Source: an uncultured Chloroflexia bacterium
Lineage (GTDB): Bacteria > Chloroflexota > Limnocylindria > Limnocylindrales > CSP1-4
NCBI GenBank assembly: GCA_963734535.1
Contig: CAVTHS010000007.1
Span: 1-64,000 of the forward strand
DNA: 64,000 bases
Direction of reading: 5' to 3'
The notes below the pieces were generated by a model. That model worked only from the letters and a program-made list of their open reading frames with translations. It had not been told where the DNA came from and did not search any database. Both the position numbers and the translations under genes were made by a program. Positions 51,525 to 60,807 of this stretch are shown here, in pieces; the stretch's first letter is position 1; every line of letters starts with the position of its first letter.

Positions 51525-54500
51525 ATGGGTCATTCGCGATTCGGCCGCCCGCGGAGGGCGCTCCGCAGGCTGGGATCCCTGCTCGCGGCCGGCATGCTGG
51601 TCGGCTCGCAGCTCCTGGTGCCGGTGGCCCAGGCCGCCCCGATCAATGTCGCTCCTGCAGCGGCCGCGGTCCCGGCCGCCCCGACCAGCACGATCACGCT
51701 CGCTGTCAAGAGCGCGCGCACCGAGCCCCGGGCGTTCGGCGGGGCCGGCGTGACGGTTGGCACGCCCGTCACCTCGTACAAGTGGATGATCAACGAGGAC
51801 AACACGGGCGACACGACCACGCGCAACGCGAACCCCGGGTCGGCCTGTTCCGCGTGGGTCGACGCGCCCGGCGGGACGCCCAACAGCGCCTACCCGGATT
51901 CCTGCCACTGGACCTCGATCTCCGGCCTGCGGAGCTCCGCCCCGGTCGCGGCCCAGGGCGATGAGACGACCCTCAGCGGCACGATCGGCATCTCCAACCT
52001 GGCGCCCGGCCGCTATCTCATCTCGGTCCTGGCCGATGGCTACAAGCTCGACGGGACCCCGTTCACCGTCCCGATGGAAGCGCCCGGCCTCGTCGAGGTG
52101 CCGCTTCAGCCCGTCCCCCTGCCGACCGCCACGATCAAGGCGCAGATCTTCGCCGACGTGACGTCGACCAACGGACAGTACGACCCGGGCGAGGACGGCC
52201 TGCCCGGGTTCGCCGGCTTCATCACCGACTACATCGGCCAGGTCACGACCGACGTCTTCGGCAACCCGCTGTGCACCAAGTACCAGTTCAACGACCTGAA
52301 CAGCAACGGGGTACAGGACCCGGGCGAGGAAATCACCCTCACCGGTGCCCCCGACTACTCCCCGATCGTCACCCACCTCGGCGGCAAGTGCCTGTCGGGT
52401 GACATCAACATGGACGGCGTCGTCAACGGGACGGACGTCGGGCTCTACAGCGATCCCCAGCTCGATCCCGGCGTGCTGACGATCCCGAACCTCGGGCCCA
52501 ACCGCTACGCACTCTCCGCCGTTCCCCCGACCGGCGCCAGCTGGATCCAGACGACCACGCTCGAGGGCAACCACGACTGGGACGCCTGGGTGATGGAGGG
52601 CTCGACCGGCCTCGACACGGAGTTCGTGGTCGCCGGCGAGCCGTTCCCGGCCGAGATCTTCGGCTACGTGCCGGGCCCCACGATGAACAGGTTCGCGCCC
52701 GGCGGGCAGGGCACCATCAAGGGCGTCGTCGACGCCATGAAGGTCTTCGTCCCGACCACGGGCGGCGCCTGCCTCCCCGGCACCATCTGGGGCGGCCTCT
52801 GCGGCGGGAAGGTCGACAAGCCGATCGACCAGCCGTGGATCGCCCTCAGCGACCTCAACAACGGCGACGCCGCGGTGTGGCTGGGTCGTGGCAACGCCGA
52901 CGGCACGTTCACCATCCCGAACGTCCCCAACGGCAGCTACACGATCACCTACTGGGACGACCCCCAGAACTACATCCTGGACCTGCTCAACGTCAGCATC
53001 GTCAACGGCGAGACCGTCGATATGGGCGTCCTGCCGCTGACGGGCTGGTTCACCAAGTACGACGGCTTTGTCTTCGACGACGCGAACCGCAACGGCGTCC
53101 GCGACGCCGGCGAGCATGGCGTCCCGAACTTCACCCTGACGCTGCGCAAGCGTGAGAACTCGCTGATGGACCGGGGCGCGACCCTGGTCACCACCAACGC
53201 CAACGGCTACTACGTCATGGAGAACGCCTACCCGCTCACGGAGTGGCTGGTCCTCGAGGCGTACGACGACCGCTACTACACGACCGGCGTCACCTACCAG
53301 GCCGACAATCAGCCGGCGCCGACCACGGTCCTTGGCGCGGGCGTCGACGTCAGCGTCCTGCCGATCATCGGCCTCTCCGGCACGCTCGACTGGGGCGTCC
53401 ACGCCTACGACGCGACCGGGACCAACGGCGTCGACCCGCAGAACGGCGGCATCGTCGGCTCCGTCAGCTACGACACCACCCGCAACGAGGTGAATCCGCA
53501 GTACGCGGCCGCGGAGGACTGGCAGCCGGGCGTCTCCGGCCTGACCGTGAACCTCTACGCGCCGGTTGACTGCCCGGTCGACCCGACGACGGGCACGACC
53601 ACCGTGCCGTGCGATGCCAACGGCGACTATGCGCTGGCGGCGGATGGTTCGTATGCCCAGGGCAAGCTCCTGAACACGTATGTCACCGAGACGTGGGACC
53701 GGCCGACCGACTGCATCGCCCGCGGCGTCGATGGCGCGCCCCTCCAGAACCCGGCGGACCAGCAGGTCCTCCCGGTGGGCTCAGGCAAGGGTTGCCTCGA
53801 GGGCCCGCTGATGGGCGTCCAGTTCGGGCCATATCCCACGGACCAGGGCACCCCGGACGCCAACTTCGGCGCCGCGGTCGACGGCAACTACGGCTTCGGC
53901 GACGGCTGCTTCGACGGCGTCCTCGATGCCACCGACCCGTCCGCCCCGACCTGCAAGGACGCGACCACGGGCACCGACGTCCCGTTCACCGCGCTCCCCG
54001 CGGCCGACTACCTCGTCCACGTCGATCTTCCGAGCGTGCACGACAACAACGGCACCCCCGTCTACAAGGTCACCCGGGAAGAGGACATCAACATCGCGAC
54101 CGGCGACAGCTATGTGCCGCAGGTCCCGCCGCCCGCCTGCGTCGGCGCGCTCCACCAGGTGGATGTCGCCGGGGCCGGCACCGACAACTACCCGGCCACG
54201 ACCATTGTCGATCCGTCCGGCCTCGGCGCCGCCACGGTCAGCGTTGCGGCTTCGACTCCCGACCGACAACCCGACCTTCGTCGACATCGGCGGCACGCCC
54301 TATGAGGGCCAGGCCAAGCCGCTGTGCGACACGAAGCTCGTGACGCTCCAGAACGGCAAGTCGGTCGTGCCGATGTTCAACGTCTTCACGGACGTGCCGC
54401 TCCCGAGCCGGTTCTTCGCCCTCAACAACGACGACCTCACCTTCTCCACCGATCCGAAGTCGCTGCTCTACGGCGAGAAGGCCGGCATCCCGTTCAGCCC

Positions 54501-57500
54501 GGTCGGCATCTACGACTTCGCCAACCGCCTGGTTACCACCTCCGAGACCGACTACAACGGCCTCTTCGACGTGCTCCTGCCGTCGACGGACCGGATCAGC
54601 TGCCCGACGCCGTCGGGCGTGTGCGGGAACATCTACCGCTTCGTCGGCAACGACCCGGGCGTCCCGGGCCGCCTGAACCTCAACTACAACCCGCAGTACC
54701 GCACGATCGCGGCCGAGTTCGAGGCCTGGCCGGGCATCATCATCCCGGCCGACACGGCGCCGACGCAGGTCGGCGTGAATGTCCAGGTCCCCGGCTCGCA
54801 GACGTTCACGGCGGTCTCCTGCCCGGTCAATGACCCGGCGTCCGCAGCCACGACACCCGAGCTGTACGCGGTTTCGAAGCCGTACGCCAGCGTGACCGAT
54901 GGCGTCGCCGCGCGATCGATCACGATCGACGGACAGGGCTTCGGCGCAAGCCCCGGCCAGGTCACCCTCGGCGGCGACTCCGCTGGCCACCACCTCGTGG
55001 AGCCCCACCCAGATCGCCCTGACAATTCCCGACCACCGCGACCGGCGGGCCGCAGCAGCTCAAGGTCACCGCGGCCAACGGCCGGAGCACCGTCAACGGG
55101 CTCACGTTCCACGTCATCAAGACCAGCGGACGCGGCGGGCCAGTACAACCCGGCCATCTTCGAGGTGGGCCCCGGCAAGACGTATGCGCCCGCCGAGACC
55201 CTCCCCGCGACGGCCGACCACGCCATCCAGCGTGCGCTTGATGCAGCGGCCCTCTTCATCGGCCAGTCCAACCCCAACGCCAACAGGGGCGCCCTGGTGG
55301 TGGTCTACCCGAACAACCCCAGCGCCAATCCGCGCCAGAACCCGCGCGGCGCGTACTACGAGAACCTGATCATTGCGGGCAAGGTCAAGCTGCAGGGCGT
55401 CGGCCCGGGCAGCCCCACCGGCTCCGTGCGCGGCGCGATCATCGACGGCGGCGCGTTCGCCGGCGACAGCCCGGTGGCGACCGACTGGTACACGAAGATC
55501 ACCACCCTGGCCTGGGCCGGGAACCAGACGATCTATGACGGCGCGGTGATCTCGCTCTTCCTGCCGAGCACCGGACGCAACGCCTTCCCGACGTCGTACA
55601 GCGCCACCACGGCGCCGTCGATCGACGGCTTCGACCTCCGCGGCGGCGATCAGCAGGGCTTCCCCGGCAACATCAACGCCATCGGCGGCGGACCAACGGG
55701 GCTGCCCGGCGGCCTCATCACCCAGGGCGGCGCGGTCTTCGCCAACGCCTACGCCCGCAACCTGCAGATCACCAACAACGTGGTCCAGAACAACGGCGGC
55801 GCCTACGGCACCATCCGCATCGGGACGCCGGACCTGCCGGCCCCCGACACCAACAATCACAACGAGGGCGTCCGGATCCTCAACAACCGGGTCATCGCCA
55901 ACGCCGGGACGAACCTGGCGGGCGGGATCGGCATCTTCGCCGGCGCCGACAACTACGAGGTCGCAGCCAACAATATCTGCGGCAACTTCTCGGCCGAGTA
56001 CGGCGGCGGCCTGTCCGTCTACGGCCTCCAGCGCAACACGGGCACGGCGGTCGTCGCCGGCCGCAACTCCATCCACGACAACCGGATCTACTACAACCAG
56101 TCGTACGACGAGGCGGGCGGAATCATGATCGCCGGCCAGCTGCCGGCCGATCCCTCGATCCTTTCGCCGGGATCCGGCCCAGTCGACATCTACGCCAACC
56201 TGATCCAGTCCAACATGGCCAACGACGACGGCGGCGGGATCCGGTTCCTGATGGCCGGCAACTTCCCGATGAACGTCTACAACAACATGATCGTGAACAA
56301 CGTGTCGACCCACGAAGGCGGCGGGATCGCCATCGACGACGCGCCGAACGTTCGGGTCTACGACAACACGTTCATGAAGAACGTCACGACCGCCACGGCC
56401 GTGACCAGCGACGGCCTGCCGGCTCCCGCCGGGCTGTCCACCGGGCAGAACAGCGCCCTGCTCCAGGCAACGCTGCCGGCCGGCTCCCCGACCTTCAGCA
56501 AGCCGCTCCTGTTCAACAACATCTTCTGGGACAACCGGGCGGGCACGCGTTCCGGCGCCACCGTGACCGGCATCGGGGCGGCTGGCGACGCCACGCCAAT
56601 CAACACCTGGGACATGGGTGTCCCCGGCACCAGCAGCCTGCTCTCGCCCACCTACTCGATCCTCCAGGCGACGACCGGGACCGACGTGACCGGGACGAAC
56701 CTCCCGGCCGGCACGTTCAACAAGGTCGGCGTCGATCCGATCGTCGTCTCCGCCGGGAATACGGCGCTGACGTTCGCCCCGTGGCGGACGAACCCCAACT
56801 TCGTCGGCGCGATCCTCGTCGCGGCCGACCTCCCGCCGAACCTGCAGGGTGACTACCACCTGGCGGCCGGCTCGCCGGCCATCAATGCCGGTGCAGCCTC
56901 CAAGGCCGTGCCCGCCCACCAGCAGCCGCCAGCGACGCTTGCTGCACCCTCGACCGACATCGACGGCCAGGCCCGCCCGTCCGGGGGTGGCTTCGACATC
57001 GGCGCCGACGAGCTCGCGGCGGTCGCCGCCGCCAATGCCAGCGTGGCACCGACGTCACTCGCGTTCGGCAGCGTCACCGTCGGCGCGACCAGCGCGGCCC
57101 AGGCCCTGACCCTGAGCAACACGGGCAGCGCGACGCTGTCCGGCATCACCGTGGCCGTCACGGCTCCCTACTCGCGGCCGGCCGGAGCTCCGGGGGGTAC
57201 CTGCGGTACGACCCTGGCCGCCGGAGGCACCTGCACCATCAACGTGGTGTTCAGCCCGACGACCGCGGTCTCGACCCCCGGGACTGCGACCATCACTGCC
57301 AGCGTGCCGGTCACCGGCTCACCGGTGGCGTTGACGGGTACCGGCGTGGCGGCCCCCTCGCTGCCATCGCTGGGCATCCTCGACAACTTCAACCGCGGGA
57401 ACGCCAACACGCTCGGAGGCAGCTGGTACCAGGGGACGCTTTTCGGTGCGGCCTCGATCCGGGTAAACGCCAACCAGGCGTTCGCCATCCTGCCCGGCCA

Positions 57501-57942
57501 GGCGAACCGAACCACCACGTATGGCGCCAAGCAGGGGGCGGCGTTCACGTTCGCCACCGCGCCCGCGACCGGGGCGAGCCTGTTCCTGAAGGTGGCCAAC
57601 GGGGCCGGGTCGAACGCCAACCCGGCCAGCTACATCCGGGTCCAGTACCAGACCACCGGCGGCGGCCAGGTCCTGGTCCAGACCACCACCAACGGCAACA
57701 ACCTTCTCCCCACGTTCACCACGATCGGAACGCTCTCGTCGGGAGCGTTCGCAACGGGCGACCGACTGACCGCAGTGGCCAACGCCGACGGGTCCGTCGA
57801 CGTCTGGAAGACGACCGCGGCGAACGTGACCACCTACGTCGGCCACACGTCGACGTCGACCTTCACGGGTACGGGCCGGATCGGCATCCAGCTCCCGATG
57901 AACGCCCGGATCGACGACTTCCGCGGAGCGACGGTGCCATGA
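51525..57942 (+). CDS. Giant (~2100 aa) secreted protein: SdrD-B-like Ig domains, IPT/TIG, right-handed beta-helix, ASH/choice-of-anchor-like domain; frameshifts near 54260 and 54980-55130
   Basis: Sec signal (..LVPVAQA); Ca-loop motifs DLNSNGVQDPGE, GDINMDGVVNGTD, DDANRNGVRDAGE; NN/GGGI repeats; DYHLAAGSPAINAG..DIDGQARP..DIGADE; SLAFGSV..LTLSNTG. ORFs 51453..54305 and 53926..57942 join across an indel. Confidence 0.8.
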
Positions 57943-57995
57943 GTCGCTGGCGTCACCAAACCACCCGCCCAATCCTCGCCCAGGGAGAGAACGTG

Positions 57996-59357
57996 ATGAG
58001 CGACCACAGTAGGTTGCTGCTCAGCCGGCGTCAGCTGCTGAAGTACGGCGGCGTCACCGCCGTCGCCGCCGGGGTCGCGGGCATCGGCCCGCGGCTGGTG
58101 GAAACCATCCTCAAGCCGGGCCGCGCCCTCGCGGCGGACCAGGAGCCCAACCTCAAGCTCGTCGGGACGGACGGCTGGATCTCCATGCCGCCCGGCCCCG
58201 ACATCAACTCCGCGGCGTACGGCAAGGTCCACCCGGACAGCTACGCACCCCCGAACCGCACCGACTACATATTCGGGTTCGCGAACGGGACCGGCATCTC
58301 CAACGCGGACCTGTACCAGCTCAAGAACAAGGCGCAGCATTCGGCCCCGCTCTTCTGGGCGAAGCAGGGCGACGACTTCCGCGTCCAGCTCACCAACGTC
58401 GGCCTGGCACAGCGCCCGGACCTCTTCGACGCCCACACGCTGCACTGGCACGGCTTCAAGAACGTCATCCCGTTCTTCGACGGCGAGCCAACCGGCTCGG
58501 TGTCGGTCCCGCAAGGCCAGACGTTCACGTACGTCTACAAGTCCCATGACCCCGGCACGTACATGTTCCACTGCCACGTGGAAGACGTGGAGCACGTGCA
58601 CATGGGGATGACAGGCCTCGTCTTCGTGCGGCCGGCCCTGGACGGCAACACGTCCTTCTACGCCAGCGGCAAGTACGCCTACAACGACGGCTCGACCGGC
58701 TTCGACCGCGAGTACGCCATGTTCCTCAGCGAGGTCTGGGCGGACGCCCACTGGGCGGATGCCCACATCCAGCTCCCCGAATGGAGCGACTATCACGCGG
58801 ACTTCAGCCTTCTCAACGGGCGGGCCTATCCGGACACCCTGGAGCCGAACGGCGCGATCTTCTCCGACTTGGGGCTGCCCAACGCGACCTATCCCTTCGA
58901 AGTCGCGCGAGATGCCAGCTACGACCTGACGCCTCCGAGCGGGCCGCGCGGCGCGGACCTGGGCAACCAGCCGATGTCGTCCCTGGTGACCTGCGTGGCG
59001 GGCGAGCGAGTCCTCCTGCGCTTCGCCAACCTCGGCTTCAAGGAAGCCGCGATGACGCTCACCGGCATCAAGCTGCACGTGGTGGGGCGCGACGCGACCC
59101 TCCTCCGCGGCTTCGATTCCACCGATTCGAGCTACGCGACGAACACCGTCGCCCTGGGCGCCGGCGAGAGCTTCGACGCGATCTTCACGGCGCCGGCTCA
59201 TTCCGGCGGATCCGGCCCCGACACGTACGTGCTCTACAACCGGACATACATCCGGGCCGACAACCTCGCCGGCGGCGGCGGCCAGCGCACCGAGGTGCGC
59301 GTCTATCCGTCGGGCGCCCTCCAGCCCCAGAAATACCCCAACGACTGGGGCATCTGA
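57996..59357 (+). CDS. Tat-exported two-domain multicopper oxidase-like protein A (T1 site plus domain-1 His pairs)
   Basis: SRRQLLK twin-arginine signal; HTLHWHG; GTYMFHCHVEDVEHVHMGMTG; domain 2 lacks His motifs. Confidence 0.88.
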   Translation: MSDHSRLLLSRRQLLKYGGVTAVAAGVAGIGPRLVETILKPGRALAADQEPNLKLVGTDGWISMPPGPDINSAAYGKVHPDSYAPPNRTDYIFGFANGTGISNADLYQLKNKAQHSAPLFWAKQGDDFRVQLTNVGLAQRPDLFDAHTLHWHGFKNVIPFFDGEPTGSVSVPQGQTFTYVYKSHDPGTYMFHCHVEDVEHVHMGMTGLVFVRPALDGNTSFYASGKYAYNDGSTGFDREYAMFLSEVWADAHWADAHIQLPEWSDYHADFSLLNGRAYPDTLEPNGAIFSDLGLPNATYPFEVARDASYDLTPPSGPRGADLGNQPMSSLVTCVAGERVLLRFANLGFKEAAMTLTGIKLHVVGRDATLLRGFDSTDSSYATNTVALGAGESFDAIFTAPAHSGGSGPDTYVLYNRTYIRADNLAGGGGQRTEVRVYPSGALQPQKYPNDWGI

Positions 59358-60796
59358 TGAGACCAGCAGTGATGAGTGGAGTGACCACGATGCTTCGAAT
59401 CAGGACCCCGCGCGCCCGCCTCTGGCCGGCGCTCGCGGTCTCGTCGGTGCTGGTCTCCAGCGTGTTGCTGTCGTCGGCCGCCGTGCGGCCGACCGCGGCG
59501 GCGACGCAGGACCCGACCAGGAGCGGCGTCGCCTGCACGACCGACACCGGCCCGAACCCGACGTTCAACCTGACAACCCGGGCCGGCTACATCAACCTGC
59601 CGGACGGGACCACTGCCTACATGTGGGGCTTCTCCGAGGGCAGCCGCCCGTTCCAGCACCCGGGGCCCGTGCTCTGCGTCAACGAGGGTGACACCGTCAC
59701 GATCATCCTGAACAACTCGTTCACGCCGACCTCGCCCAAGAGCGCACCGGCCGTCTCGATCGTGTTTCCCGGCCTGGTGGGCGTCACGGCCGACGGCGCG
59801 CCGTCTCAGCCCCAGTTCGACGGCACCGGGGCATTGACCTCCCTTGCGCAGGCGGCGCAGCCCGGTGGCGGCTCGGTCACGTATAGCTTCGTCGCCTCGA
59901 AGCCCGGCACGTTCCTGTACGAGAGCGGCGGCGGGCAGACGACCACCGGCACCCCGAGCTTCTTCTCCAGCCCGCAGGTCCAGGTCCGCATGGGGCTCTT
60001 CGGCGCCCTCGTCGTGCGACCCACCATGGGCGCCGGATACGCCTACGACCTTGCCGACACCCAGTTCAACCCGGCAACGGAGTTCCTGGCCCTGCTCTCC
60101 GAGGTCGACCCGTACCTGAACGCGGCGGTCCTGAAGGGCACCAGGGCCTTCAACATGAACAACTACCACCCGCGCTACTGGCTGATCAACGGCCGCGGGT
60201 TCCCCGACAGCATCGCCGACAACTTCGCGACCTGGCTGCCCAGCCAGCCCTACGGCTCGCTGGCCACGATCCATCCCAACGACAAGTACCTGGCGGACGG
60301 GGTCACCCTCAACCCGAGCCCGATCAACCCCCTGCCCAGCATCACCCGTTACCTGTCCGTGGGCACCGAGGACTACCCGTTCCATCCCCACGGCAACAAC
60401 GGGAAGGTGATCGGACGCGATGGCGCTCCGCTCGCGGGGCCCGCGGGACAGGACATGTCGTTCGACAAGTTCTCCGTGAACATCGGTCCCGGCCAGACCT
60501 GGGACGTGCTCTTCAGCTGGAGGGACAACGAGAACTACTCGCCGTCCAACCCGGTCCCGGCCAGCGAGCCGAACCTCCAGAACCTCACCGTTGGCATGTT
60601 CTACGGCGGCGGCCCCTACCTCGGCGTCCAGGAGCCGATGCCGCCCGGCATCTCCACGCTCAACGAGTGCGGCGAGTTCTACATCATCGCCCACAACCAC
60701 GCGCTCTACCAGATCACGTCATGGGGCGTGAACATGACCGGGCCGATCACCTACACGCGGGTCGATCCGCCCCTGCCGAACAGCTGCCCGTCGTGA
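59357..60796 (+). CDS. Two-domain multicopper oxidase-like protein B (domain-2 His pairs only); alternative start 59390
   Basis: PGPVLCVNEGDTVTI, YWLINGRGFPD; domain 1 SIVFPG/GTFLYES (no His); domain 2 YPFHPHG and IAHNH. Confidence 0.85.
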   Translation: MRPAVMSGVTTMLRIRTPRARLWPALAVSSVLVSSVLLSSAAVRPTAAATQDPTRSGVACTTDTGPNPTFNLTTRAGYINLPDGTTAYMWGFSEGSRPFQHPGPVLCVNEGDTVTIILNNSFTPTSPKSAPAVSIVFPGLVGVTADGAPSQPQFDGTGALTSLAQAAQPGGGSVTYSFVASKPGTFLYESGGGQTTTGTPSFFSSPQVQVRMGLFGALVVRPTMGAGYAYDLADTQFNPATEFLALLSEVDPYLNAAVLKGTRAFNMNNYHPRYWLINGRGFPDSIADNFATWLPSQPYGSLATIHPNDKYLADGVTLNPSPINPLPSITRYLSVGTEDYPFHPHGNNGKVIGRDGAPLAGPAGQDMSFDKFSVNIGPGQTWDVLFSWRDNENYSPSNPVPASEPNLQNLTVGMFYGGGPYLGVQEPMPPGISTLNECGEFYIIAHNHALYQITSWGVNMTGPITYTRVDPPLPNSCPS

Positions 60797-60807
60797 GAGG
60801 TAGGGGA

